A stretch of DNA of 64,000 nucleotides from Ascidiella aspersa (lineage: Eukaryota), in assembly GCA_963924565.1 (NCBI GenBank), contig OZ004608.1, positions 15,314,001-15,378,000 of the forward strand, in the 5' to 3' direction. The translations under genes and the position numbers were made by a program. Below the pieces are notes generated by a model, which was not told where the DNA came from, searched no databases, and saw only the letters and a program-made list of their open reading frames with translations. How positions within the stretch are numbered: position 1 is the first letter of the stretch; every line of letters begins with the position of its first letter. Of the stretch, positions 15,101 to 27,980 are shown one piece after another.

Positions 15101-18100
15101 TTACCTTCCTTTGGTTGTCCTGCTGCAATACTACAAATAAAATATGTATTAAAAAAATAACAACAACATGGATGCGTGTCGCCATAGTCCTGGTATAAAG
15201 AAAAATTCCAAAATTTCATCAAGTAACCACCAAGGTAAAAATAGACCTTTAGTCCCCTTGGTAGCGGTTTGACATTACTAATAGTTTACGTTTTTTTTAT
15301 CGTGACAAAATTTAAATTTTAACAATCACCATGTAATGTTTCTAAACTTTTCACAAATCCTCGACATAAGGTGTGATTATATAGTAAACACCTTTCCAGG
15401 ATTTTTTTGTTTTGTTTCCATTATGAATTTGCCATTGTATTTTGCTGTTAAATTAATTACCACATTTAGATGATTTTGACACCATATTTATTAATTGGCT
15501 ATATTCTGTTGCTTACACTAAAAATAGTCCAATGTGGACGGAATGCTAAAAAGGCAAGGCGGTGTTTTTTTATCTTGTCACAAATAACGTGGTAAAACAT
15601 CGAGTGATTTTAGCTTGGTCTCCAAGCGCTAAGAGAAAATGATTCTGAAGCATTTTCAAACCAGTTTTATGTAAGCACTTTTTAACCCAGACCAGCCATT
15701 ACTGAACAATGAAAGCTCATTATTTGTTTTCCAACAGCTGGATGGGAATCGTGCTCAGATGATAGTGATGACGATGGAAGTTGGCACGATGTCTCATCCG
15801 ACGAAGAGGTAGTTAAATCGCCATTTTGGAGAACAGCGCAATTTTGCAAGAACTGTTTTAATTTTGTTGCCCCTATTTTAAGTTAGCGAAAGTGTTTTTG
15901 TCTATTCTCTATTTGGTCGCGAAATAAGTAGCTGCACTCACATCTCCTAATAATTAATAAACAGCCTAACCTAAAACTTCGTTTTAAAAAAGCGTTGTAA
16001 TAGAAAATTTTTGTAAAGGTTTGAGCCACTTCATATTTGCACCTGTTTTCCTAAAGGCTTAAAAAAATAGGCGCTTCTCTTAGCCATCATTTTACGTCAA
16101 CTACCTCAGCCATGTACAACAAGCACCACATTTTGGCTCCTTACTTTATGGTTAAAATGAGGTAAATAGAAGCGATTTTTAATTCAAGTTTTACCGGTAC
16201 AAAATGTAAACGTTCGGAGCATGTTATTTAACTGACGTTAATGTTCAGGTCGACAGTGGTGAATTCCTAAAATGGTTATTCCATGTTCGTAAAATCGATA
16301 AAAACAGGTTGTACGCTTGCAAAAAATTATCCGTCTGGGCTTAGGCTACAACAATCTGCGTATTTAAAAGCACCAAACGCTAACGCTCAAATTGTACCAG
16401 ACAACAGCCGCTGCCGGGGAGGGGCCAGAGGAAGAAGAGGCCCTAGATCCGGAGGCCAAAGCGGCCCGGGCCAAGCTGGTCAGCCAGAGTCGCTTCATCA
16501 CGCAGGACGAGTTCCAGAAGATCAAAGCGAAGCTGGCCACCGACGAAGTGAAGGCGGCGCCCAGGCGAGGAACTAAGAGGGTTTCGACCGACATCAGCAC
16601 CACAGAGAGGTTAGGTCTCACTACGGCAGTGTTTCTCAATCTATTGGCCGCCGCCCCAATTTGGGCCGCCGTATAATTTGGTCGGGTCGCCGACTGCAGT
16701 AGTTCACATGGTTGGAGATTTATTGAGATCGGTCCACCAAGATTTCTTTGAAATTTGAGATAACTATTGAAGACAATAGGAAGACATGGCTCATATATTA
16801 AATTCGATTATATTTATGCTATGTTATTAAGTAAATTCGCATGAATTTTTTAAATGTTTAGTAAATAGATTTAGGTCTCCAAAGCTTCGCTGTTACACTT
16901 ACGCTTAATATTCGGCTCGCCGCGAAAATAGGTTGAGAAACACTGCACTACGGTGACCGCTTTGGTTGGTCACGTGCCAAACCTAATTATACTGCCCCGC
17001 CCGAATGCCTGGAATTCTCGGTGTAGCGGCAGTTTTTTTAGAAGTGTGGTGTATATGGACTAAACACTTTGGAGACCTTATAAGCTACTTAAAAATATTC
17101 TTTGGCTGCTACTTAAAAATATTGTGCGAATGCACAGACAAAACCAAACGCAATCGAGTTGCTACTTTAAATACGAATTTGAACTTATTTTTGTGTCAAT
17201 GGGTTTTAACAATATTTCTTATAAATGTAAAGTTTGCTTTAAAGTAGTAATTATCTTGGAATAAAAAAGTGTTTGTTTTTTTCTGCTGTAACGCCATATT
17301 AGAAACTATCGTAAGGACGGTTTTTCCAGCTGTTCTCAATATCGGATCTGCGAAACAATTGGGGTCCGTGAAGCAGTTGTAGGGGAAAGGAGTGAAAGGA
17401 TTTTGTAGTACATTGAAACGATTAACAATACTATAAAATTGTTCGAAGTACTAGTACATATCAAGAACTTGGCCAGTAACCACTAAACTGCGGAAAACTT
17501 CAAAAGGTTTCACGTTTCAAGGTATCAAACGTTTTTTTATTTCCAGTGGTGAACTGGTGGCCCTTAACGACATCGAGCTTGTCCTGAAGAGACCTGCGCA
17601 CGACCGCGAAAGTAGGCTGGCCACCGTGCTGGCCGGAAGAGAGGACCGCCCCAAATATGGTAGTAAAAAGGCCAAACTCAACCCTCACGCCAGCTCCACC
17701 AACAAGGTACTGTACAGTTATGCCGGAGATTTTCAATATTCCATTTTATTCAATTTCGGCGCCTAGTGTACTATTTCGCTAAAATACCCAGTCGAATCTT
17801 GGCTAATTACACGCTTGCTGGGCATTGATTATTTCGCGGAATTTATTGAACAGTTTAATGCTGTAATGTACATTTCATATTGCCTTTTAAGTGATACACT
17901 TAATTATAACTTGTTACCTGTTTTTGTTAAGTTGCAGTTTTGCAGATAGTTTTGCGACATTCTTCTATACATTCATTCTCTATTGACTTCTTTAGGAGTT
18001 TTGTTAAATGCTTTATGTTATGAGTTACAAAGTCACCGATATTTGAAGCGTTATTTTATTCTCAAAGAATGTATCCAAAAACTATACAGTACGCTTCGAT

Positions 18101-19301
18101 TGGGGCAACAAAGGACTTTTTGTTTTGGTTACGTTAGTGTACAATGTACAATTTACATACTTCAAGATTAAACCAAAACGTGCAACAGCACTCTTTACTT
18201 TTTTAAGTGCGTAAAAACATGACCAGTGTAATCACTGCTGTCAATGTTTTGGTGGCCCAGTACGGTCTACAAGGCGTTGGTAAAGTGATTAATCGGTAGG
18301 CATGTCGTCAGTCTCATTCCTAGCTGTGCTTCGTCACTGCGTACGAACCACGGCGCATGTTTTTTAACGTCACCCCTTCCGCCTGACAAACTATAGCAAA
18401 GAAGCGATTTGTTTTACTAAACGTTTTGCTTGTCCTCCTTATTCCACGCTAAAAATCACACGTCAGTGGTTCGCAACCATTAGGTGTCGCAATAACCTGT
18501 GGGTAGGCGTCGCCTGGTACAATTGCGTAAATGCAAAATTAACAAGGCAAAAACAAACCAATATAAACTAAATTAATAGCATTATAGAACTAAGAAGTAC
18601 TTATTAGTCTAAATTGTGTTAATGGAGTTTGCTTCAGTAAACCAGTCGTGTTTATCACTTCACAATCTTGTTTTAATTTATCACCAAAGCATGTCTCCAG
18701 TCTAATCACCTTGTCTATTTTAAATAGAAACTTCGATTTGCCGCGTCGCGTAGATTTTCGTAAACTGGAAGGAGGGCCTTGACAAGCACTGGTTTAGTTA
18801 AACCAACAATGGATTTGTGAAGCGAATGTAACGCGTGATTTGGAAAACCACAAGTCGTACATCTCGTGTTGCCAAAAATTTATGCATTTAGAAAACGCTC
18901 GTTAAGCAATTTCAAATTTGCATTCAAACGCATTGCGCCACAAAATGATTGTTGTTTACAGTTCATTCATTTAATGATCTTGCTGATTGATTTGCAAAAA
19001 GCATGATTTATTTATTCAGCTCAGAAGACTTCATACATAAAATGCAAAGCAGTGTGTAATCAACCCGTTTCGCCTCTTTTTCTGCAAAGTTGTGGAGCAG
19101 ATTCTCATAACAGCGTTTGCCGGGCGCACTCCCTTGCTTACAAGTGCAATAATAGTGTTGCAATTTTTATAGCAAAAGCGCAAGAACAAGCCGTTCATGA
19201 TGGTGAGACAGAAAATCAACAGCAAGAAATCTGGACGTTCGTTCAAAGAGAAGCAAGTCGCCCTGCGTAACGCTCTATTGAAGCGATCTAAACGAAAGTG
19301 A
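9165..19301 (+). CDS. SDAD1: Protein SDA1 homolog (60S ribosome biogenesis), 16 exons
   Basis: Exons 9165-9248, 9943-10047, 10274-10372, 10498-10608, 10763-10834, 10950-11108, 11224-11330, 12000-12136, 12276-12437, 12745-12880, 13155-13329, 14918-15041, 15738-15808, 16401-16609, 17547-17706, 19173-19301 join in frame. Hallmarks: [70 protein letters not shown]. Intron 15042-15737 is GC-AG. Confidence 0.96.
9278..9746. mobile_element. hAT-type MITE in SDAD1 intron 1
   Basis: TIRs cagtggttctcaacc / ggttgagaatcactg; perfect TSD gtcttatt; repeated gagccgc subterminal motifs. Confidence 0.92.
14479..14786. mobile_element. hAT-type MITE, same family as 2626-2902, with a collapsed right end
   Basis: Same left end caggggttcttaaactttttttaccg; right end ...ttcacggacccccctg; TSD acttaagg / acataagg. 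Confidence 0.8.
16627..16945. mobile_element. hAT-type MITE
   Basis: TIRs cagtgtttctcaatctatt / aataggttgagaaacactg; perfect TSD cactacgg. Confidence 0.93.
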
Positions 19302-20259
19302 CCTATCCATGCTATACAATGTAGTTTTACGCCTCACAAAATCCGCTCGTTTACGTTGCCTCCGGCTGTATTGTTGAGACGGTAACCGTCGTAGCTTAAA
19401 GCCGGCATTTTGGCAATGGTGAGCACAGTCGAAAATAGTTGTCGGTGCTTCTGGGAGATAACGTGGCAAATTACGTTTGCGCAAACCCAAGCCGCCATGA
19501 CGGAGAGCTTTTCTCTACTGGATCTCGAGTCCAGTTCGTTTTGCGTGCTTTTTTGTTACGCGCGTCGGTGACTCATCAATGCCAAATAAATAAAAACGCA
19601 TGAAAAAGAATTTTTTTAAATAGCCAGAAAGACTTGTAAAGGTTAGAGACAAGGTAGCTTAAAAGCCACTTCGGAGAATTTTTGCCTTTTGAAATGCGAC
19701 TTTTGTTGTCTAGCTATATTTCATAGGCCAGCAATAGTTCAACATTAGACCGGAAGATTACTTTTTTATTTTTTTTTTGTCACTTATGAAGCCTATTTTC
19801 TATAACCTAATTTTAGTTTAGTTTAGTACGGTTGCTGATATTTATGTAGTATTTTATGTGAATTTATGAAAACATTTTCCTGTCGTTTGTTAACGTGCAT
19901 CTTAACTTACTCAATTTTCGGTTAAACGCAATTTTGTCTTGAAATTTATGCATTTAAAAAGCAGTAAGAGTGGTAATCAATTTCAGCTTGTTGTAAATTA
20001 ACAAGAGCTGTGTAATAAGCAGTGATAAGTTTGGAAGTGGTTTTGCTTTGTACGTAAGACTAGATACTAGCTTAGTCCAAAAAAACTAATCAGATAATTG
20101 TCGCCGTGAAGAATTACATCTGTCGGAAACACCCAACTATAGATTACGTTTCGTCAGGTTAAAAGTTTGTGGTGATCATGAGGTTAAAAAGGACCTGGCA
20201 ATAAGAATTTAATTAGAATAACATCAAGGTCGGAATAATAATACCTTATAGTAGGATTA

Positions 20260-20455
20260 GGGTCTAAATCGGAACAAGACGTGAGCCTTTTATCTACCCC
20301 ACCCCTAACTTCGTCTAATTCCCCTGATAGTTTCATGCCTCAAGCAAACTTTAGCCCCAATTATTCCCACCCTTCAACCTAAACAGGAGCAAACAGTCTG
20401 GTGCGACATAAAGAATCCCAATGGCGCAGTTTGAAGTAGGGTGCCCAAAACACCT
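20260..20455 (+). repeat. Dispersed repeat, diverged inverted partner of 27790-27980
   Basis: Shares gtcta(a/g)atcggaa..., ccttttA, and aaacaggagcaaa..tggtgc..atccc..ggg(t/c)gcc with the reverse complement of 27790-27980. Confidence 0.6.
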
Positions 20456-20952
20456 TTACCAAATTTATAGGCCTCAATTGTCCTATACCATCTCTTACAA
20501 TTTTAGCTTTAATTTGGGCGCTTCTGGTCGAATTTAGATAGCCTATTAGGTCGTTGGCCTTGGTATTATGGTATTATGAATATTCCGCTTTAGATACTGT
20601 TGCTTTATAGCTCTTATTGTGTGTTCCCGTTGAAACTTTCTTCTGACAAATGTCGTATTTATGACGTAGCCTACTATAGCCGCGAGGTGTGTCACCACGA
20701 CAACGCACGCATGTGCGACAAACCGTGCTCTGCCACGCCCAATAAACAACGGAAGTATCACTAAATACTTCATTGTTAAATGATGATTAAACAAAATGTA
20801 TAGTCACTCAAGCTGTCTTGTTTATTTCCGCTAAATTTTTGTTTGTATTAAATCACATTCAATGCAGTGGGCCTTTTAATATTTTTTAGTTGCCCGAAGC
20901 TGCTTATTATTGATTCGGTATAGTTGTTGGCCTCATTCTACTGTGTAATAAA

Positions 20953-21015
20953 AGTTGGTGCTGCATCACAGGGGTAACAGGCCTAGTTGGTGCTGCATCA
21001 CAGGGGCAACAGGCC
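20953..21015. repeat. Tandem duplication, 32-bp period x2
   Basis: agttggtgctgcatcacagggg(t/c)aacaggcc repeated. Confidence 0.9.
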
Positions 21016-23179
21016 ATGACCCCACAAAACTATAATTTTAACCAAGTTTTAATAATGTAAACACAACTATTTTGCTCGATTTTTGTTTTAGTCTGTTTTA
21101 ATTAAATCTATTCAGCCCCACGGCGGTTTGCATACTAATTTCACAAAAAAGTTTGCCGACCACTGATATAATGTATAATATGTATTTTTGTGGTTTTCTA
21201 GGGAACATCAATATTTAGGAATTTTAAATTGAAACTGTCAATGTTGAAAATCCAACAGCAACTATTTTGATGAATTCATCGTATAGCTTTATCAAAAATT
21301 GCCTATAGTATATTTAAAATTGCCTATAGTTGTTTTGTTAAAAGCAAAGGTTACAGGCGAATTGGTTGTTGTAGTCTTTTTTAAAGAACTTTATCACTTT
21401 GGATTTGGCCACATAAAACTAGAACCGGAAAGATAATAAAAAGGAACTTGTATCGTAATATCAATTAAAATTAAAGTTGCCTGCAGTGCACAAAACAATT
21501 TTCATTTTTATTTACAGCGAAACATATATAAAGATTTGGTGGCTGTTCCTATTAAATACCAATACTTTAGCTGTCAAACCGACAAAATCATAATAATTTG
21601 ACAAAATGCAACATATTTGGTAAGCGCAAAACCTGGGGAAAACTTTGTTCCGTGCGTCAATAGTTTGTAAGCATCACTAGTAGAACGTGTAGCTGTTGTT
21701 GTGGATATGACGTCAATTGTTTTGGTTGCAGCACTGCATCACCCAAATAAGGGAATGTCCGACAATGTGTAATTGCGTAATAAAAAAACCCGGGTGCTGC
21801 AATTAGGCGGACATTCTTTCCACCTTTGAATATAAGTTTAGAATCAAAAGGTTGTTTTTATCAGTTCTTTTGGTGAGTTTATGCTGGACAGTTGGATTGC
21901 TCAAAATATGTATAACGCGCATCTTTATGTCGCATAAATTTTACAAACGTTCGAGGCGACATGAAAATGAGAAATTGAGTTAAAAAAAGTATTTCTCGTA
22001 AGTTTAGGCCACGCGAGGTTATTTTACACGCACCAAATCATGTTAGCAAGGTAAACCAGCAGTTTAAAAAGTGGTCTAAATTTAACTCTAGTGAAACATT
22101 GCTAAAATATCATGTGTGCACACTGCACAGTCTACTTTTGACAACTTCAATCGTTCACCATTAAATAGAGCGAGGTTAAGATAGTACGTCGAACGTGATT
22201 TTAACAATTATTCAGACGTAATGTGTAAGTTTAAAAATTATTAACTTCTGAGTTGAGGTTGATAAGAAACGAGATACCCGTGATTTAGGAAATCTATTGA
22301 AGATGTTTTTTTAATAGAATAAAAAGTTAATCGTGTGACTCATAAAGAAAGCACGATAATAGGGCATCATAGAATCACCACCGCACTATAACTGTAATAC
22401 AGTGATAATTATAAATGCACCACTGGTCTTTAGGAATGCATGACTTATCTTGAGTACAGCCTTAGCTAGTTATCTGTGACGTTTTAAACCCCGTGCATCG
22501 TGTTAAATTCCCATATTTTATCATTTACGTCCGCAATAACTTCAATCAACTTAATTTAATTTGTGTGCGTAAAACAGGGTGTTTTGTTCACTTGGGACTA
22601 TACGACATTGCAGGCGTTAGCGTCTCTATAGTTAAGCTAACATAACGACGTGTAATTTAGTTTTGGTACAAAGGACAAGCTACGGCCAATGAAGCGATGA
22701 AATGGACTTGGTTTTATTAAATATGATTTTGTGCTATTAATCATTTGTATCGATATCGAAGCAGTTATTTGGACTGCCAAACTAGCTGAGTAAATGTCGT
22801 GCGTTATATTTTCATATTGAGGTTTGTATACTCTTCAGCCAACCAACATATAACATTAAAACAATTTTTTTCCGCATACTTTCATCCGGCTTTCGATGAT
22901 GCTACCAATAACCACAAACGTCACATCCTGTAACACACATACAGCAAAATAACAACAACAAGAAAAATATTGAAAATTAAATAACTAAAATTGAAAAGTG
23001 CAATTATGGCATCAGTTGCCTGCCGAGTTTTGTCAAATTGCAGCTTAAAATATTAAGGCAGCCAAAACTCATTGTAAGGCAAACGAAGAGTATAACAATT
23101 TTATTTTTTAATTTAATTTAGAACCACCAGTGCCCACAATTTATACTTTAAATTATATTTCACGATATTGTCAACGACG

Positions 23180-24757
23180 ATGGCTACAAGCTGCGGCTTT
23201 GAGTTTCAAGCCAAAAACTTCGGCTTTTTCGATGTTTCACCGGACAAGTTCTATCACTTGCAAGTGAGTAGACGGTTTATAGATATTTTGCCACACTTTA
23301 ACGATGTCAAATCACGATTACATTGATTTTATTAATTTGCTGTTCGATGTAGGCTACTAATATTATTGTCTAAATTATTTAAAGAAGTTTACAAGGCTGC
23401 TGCTGTATTTCTTTTGTATCAAACACTTCTATTCGTCATGAATGTTTTCGCATAAGTAATGGACCTCAAGTATTTAACACGGCTTTAGATGTCGCAATGT
23501 AAAATTCACTTTGGAAACAGGGACTAATTTGTCTTTACATGCAGTGGACAAAAAAACGATGGGTGTACATGATCTACCGCCTGCTGGTTCTCATCTATAT
23601 GCTTGTTTGGCTTATCCTCGACTTTGCGTTGGACCTTGGGCAGAATACCCCCGGAGAGAAGCCACAGTACCGGCTACTGAGCAACTGGGGCGAATATCTT
23701 TTAGTTCTTTACTTTTTTGTCGCGTTCGTGATCTCGATTGTTGGCCTTTGTCGACGACACAACGACGAACATAGCAATGCAGGTTAGAAAATGTACTATG
23801 TTTCGCATAACAATAAGTTGAGACTTTGCAAATAATGTGTAGCAACAAATCACAAACTTCAAATGAAAAAAATGCTATAATCATTATTCACCAATATAGT
23901 TTAATTATAAACACTATTAAACAACATCTATATGGAATTTAAGCATTAAAAAAATAGAAAAGATTTTTGGGAATTTGTGCTTCGGCGTCATTAGCCTATT
24001 ATCAGTATCTCACGGGACCTTTCAGCTATTCGTGAAAGAAGCGGGTTCTGTATTTCTAGAATCATAAAAATAGTGACAATAAATACTCCAGTTGTAATAT
24101 GCGAGTTGCCCGAAAATTAAAGGAAGAGGTGAATTACCCATGCAAAGTAATCCGCGTCGTCACTAACATATCGTTTGATGTTTAGAAACGCTGCCGTGGT
24201 ATCTTAAAATGAACTGGGCGCTTTTCACCATGGCAACCACATCCGCCTTCGTAATCAGCATCTTTTACTGGGTTTTGATCGGACGAACCAGAAGCGCCGC
24301 CCTGAACCTGAGACCACGCACCATTCACCTGCACATCACCAATTCCTTGCTGGCCTTGATAGATATATTCATGGTCGCCTTTCCAATCCGTTTCCTACAC
24401 TTTATCTACGTCGTGTTGTTTGCCTTTGTCTACACCGTGTTCATTCTGATTATGCACTGGACCGGCGTAGACTCTGCTATCTACCCGGTCTTGGATTGGG
24501 TGAACAATCCAGGAGTGGCCGCTGGTTATAACGTTGCAGCCGCCATTGTATTACCAATCGTAATCCAGGCCGTGTCGTTTGGTTTGTATCACTTACGCGC
24601 CTGCATCGCACGAGCCACGGTGCTCAAGAACGAGAAGGAAGACCAAAAAATTAGATCCGATGCGAGCTTGGAAATGGGCAACGTTAACACCGCCTTCGAG
24701 GATTCGACTCCGAATCACAAGCCGACCGAAATTTACCCCGACCTCGCGGCGCAATAA
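23180..24757 (+). CDS. Rolling stone-like multi-pass membrane protein (FAR-17a/AIG1-like superfamily), 3 exons
   Basis: Exons 23180-23263, 23545-23782, 24186-24757 are in frame. About six hydrophobic segments and motifs LSNWG, PWYLKMNWAL, ISIFYW, HITNS, PIRFLHFIY and IYPVLDW fit rolling stone-like proteins. Confidence 0.8.
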
Positions 24758-25758
24758 AAAGGACGTTTGTTGCAATTATTGCCACTTTAGACACTCCCCT
24801 TAATATAAGGGCACAACGAAGTCAGAGAGTTTTTAAAGCGTTTACTTCACAACAACTAGCGTAATTTTTCCTAAACGCGTTCGTTAGTCAGCCATTTAAC
24901 CCGGCTGTATAGAATCTTTGTTTTCAAAAAAAAAAAAAAAAAAATTGCAATCTGTTTTGTATATTTAAATACTAACGAATTTTGCATTAGTCAATATTAA
25001 AATCTGCTGAAAATAACTTACTTTTATCTGCTTTGCAGTTCTCTAAATTAGAAACTCCAAATGAACCTTGAGATTCAAGTTAAAAAAAACTCCTAAATTT
25101 AAATAAAGAAGATTGTATGCGGAAATGTTATGAGTATATTTTTACTTTTTTCCTACAGCAAGAAAATAAGTTATCGAAGTCACCAAAACTATTATCCATT
25201 TATTTTTTTATATTAAATATTGTCCTCAACACTGAATCATTTTAGTCGTAAAATGTTTGCTTCGTACTTTTTATTAACACATTCGTTATATATTTTATTA
25301 AACCTGTGTATGTACGTATTTTTGTACTGATAAAAAACTGCAACCTCAGATGATCACAATTAACTTGCAAACACATTCATTGTTAATTGTTTATTGCACT
25401 TTAATCATTTTCATCGCTAAAACGGTGTGCATTTGATTTGCTTGTTGTCGATTCTTTTCGCTACTTTTACCCCTGTGACGAAGCAGGTAGGCTTCTTGCG
25501 TGTGTTTAAGCTTATCGTAAATAACTATAGTTCTACTTTATTGTTGGCTTGCTATCTAGCATTTTAGATAAGTCGTTTTTTATAGCACTTGTCGTCTTTA
25601 GGAATGTTCGATAAAATCGGTTCGGAACCGAAACCCTATACTAAGTGCCAGTGTAGTAGTTGTTACTCGTCAGATACTGCAGGATCGTATTGATGCTAAT
25701 TTGCTTCAAATATTTGTGCTGAAAGGCGAGCCGCGAATAAACAGTATAAATTAATATG

Positions 25759-25930
25759 CTGTTGCTACCAGGCATTGGATTTACTGATAAGAAGTTCTTC
25801 CGGTACTTATTTGTATTTTTAGCTTACTTTTCCGTGGTGGTATTACATTCCCTGATGAAGGCATCTTGGAATAGCCGAAACGTCGGATAAAACATATAAG
25901 TACCGGAAAAACTTCTTAACAGTATGAATA
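25759..25930 (+). mobile_element. Non-coding mini Penelope-like element / retrozyme-like unit (leader + inverted 3' end + hammerhead)
   Basis: 17-nt leader ctgttgctaccaggcat (25759-25775) is identical to the leader at 39946-39962. A 29-bp inverted repeat (27/29) lies at 25782-25810 / 25896-25924 with a hammerhead between the arms. Ends in tatgaata like the 40-kb copy. Near-perfect direct repeat gaataaac(a/g)gtat at 25735-25747 and 25926-25938. Confidence 0.8.
25849..25887 (+). ncRNA. Minimal type I hammerhead ribozyme (GUC cleavage triplet)
   Basis: TCC-CTGATGA-A-GGC(atcttggaata)GCC-GAAA-CG-TC-GGA: complete catalytic core, stem I TCC/GGA, stem II GGC/GCC, stem III reduced to the palindrome ACGT. 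Confidence 0.85.
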
Positions 25931-27789
25931 AACGGTATGTCATTTAGTATAACCAAATCTGTCATATAAGCGTTTCAAACGCTAAATCAAACTTCAATCA
26001 GTTGTTTCAAAAATTCGCATCGGCCAATGTGTTTGCCGTTTTTAGCGACAATACGTTTTTTATGGTAAATTATTTTTTGTTATTTCCTAATGTAAAAATG
26101 ATATATTACAATTTTATTTTTATGGGGAGCCGACATTTTTGGGAGCTCCGATGCCGTAGTAGTAAGCAGTGCTTTATATGCAACCACCTTGTCAACATTT
26201 TTTGTGTAGGGCTAGAAATTAGCTAAGGGATAAAACAAGTGGCTATTAGTGTGGCGCGAAGGACCGGTCACAGTAGGCCACAGGGGAGCAGTATAGAGTC
26301 GTATACAAATAAATAGACACACATTCAGGATGGTTTACGGACTTTCAAGGAGATTTTCTTGTAGAATTACTCCTGAACAATCATAGTAGTTTTTTGTTAC
26401 GTTCCTTTTGTGTTTTTGTCATTTTATTTTGTCAACTAAAATCGCGGATTTAGTATATACAAACCATTAAAATATTTTTGTTTACATACGTTTGGCATTG
26501 AAAAGAAACATTTTCTAACACAACGTTGATCTGTAAGCTATTTCTATCGGCTGATATATGCCTGTACCGTAATGCGATGGGCTGTAAAGTTATTAACACA
26601 ATTTGAAATTCACATAGCCCTTATTTTTTTCAAATAAATCAAATACTCTCTCTAACTCACGGTTATCGTTCCCGCGTGGTAGCAGTAGAGTTTCATGTTA
26701 GAAAAAAGGGATGATTACTTGAAGGGCAAAGTTCGTCTTTTAAAAACCGTGTCTTATAGCACCCAGGAAACAAAGATTAATGGTGATGCCAATTTACATG
26801 ACAAACTGAAATGTCCTTATAACACAAAATTGTACTAACACAAGAATACCTAACAACGTATTGTATTCGTAACAAAAGTAAAAAAAAACAATCCATTAGC
26901 CTACTTAGAAAGCTATACAAATTTACACGAAGCACTACATGACCACAATAAAATATAATTTTACATGGGATATATTTATGCAGCTGTTTTTTTACGTCCG
27001 TCGTGCGCGTCACAGCTGCTGAAATTAGTTAATTTTCGAATAAATTCAATCAAATTATTTTTTTGCCAAATACCAGGCACGGGAGCAAGCGCAGTTATTT
27101 TCCTTCGGCACTCTTTGAAGGAAATGCGTTATTTGGCGCCAAGGTTCAGGATCTATAAAATTTGGTTACGAATTTTTGTACGATTTCGGTATCATACAGG
27201 CTTTCGGTTTTTGGCTAAGGAGATATACAGTTAGGAACAAATAAGATCGATATAGTTTATACCTTAGCAATCATGGTTTACGCGACACAGCTTTTAACTG
27301 TACCGGTAACAGTTTATAAAATTTCAAACTAATATTGCACCTCTATTTATATTGATTGTCCAGTATTTTTGATTAAAGAACAAAATGTTTATGCTCTTTT
27401 TATAGTTTCCCAGTTCTTCAAAATTTGAACTATATTCGCCTCAACAGTTTCATATTTTCCTGTGAGCATCACCGATCAAATTTCTTAAGTCCCCCTAGGT
27501 GTATAGAAGGAAGTAATATAATTTGGGAACACACACTGACCTACCTACAAAGCAAATCTAAGCAGAATAATATATAATACCATAGCATTAGGACCAACGA
27601 CATATCAAAGCCAAATATAAGGTAATAACCACGACAGAATAAAATCTAAAATCGTTGAAATAAGACATAAACCTGCCGGAAAAAAACTATATTCATCCGA
27701 ATAAGGCCCAAATAGATAAAATAACGCAAAACTGTAGATATGAGAGGATTTTGGGGCACCTGTCTGGTATTGGCAGTTTTGGTGTCGAC

Positions 27790-27980
27790 GTTTAGGCGCC
27801 CATGTTTGAACGGTGCAGTGGGGATGCCGCTGTTCTGGCACCACATTATTTGCTCCTGTTTGGGGGTTGGGGCGAGGAATGGGTCGGGCTAGAAATCAGG
27901 TTGGGTAAAAGGTCGTATAGGCCTTATTCTGGCCATTTAGGTCTTATGCCAGCGGGTTTAGGCCTTATTCCGATCTAGAC
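27790..27980 (-). repeat. Dispersed repeat, partner of 20260-20455
   Basis: Same shared blocks on the opposite strand, plus internal short repeats of aggccttattc. Confidence 0.6.

Noticed and set aside
18464-18791. Possible MITE (cagtggttcgcaa ... gacaagcactg)
   Set aside because: TIRs match poorly and flanks show no TSD; may be old or fragmentary.
20146-20158. acgtttcgtcagg, reverse-strand hammerhead-like words
   Set aside because: No stem II between CTGACGA and GAAA, so the core is incomplete.
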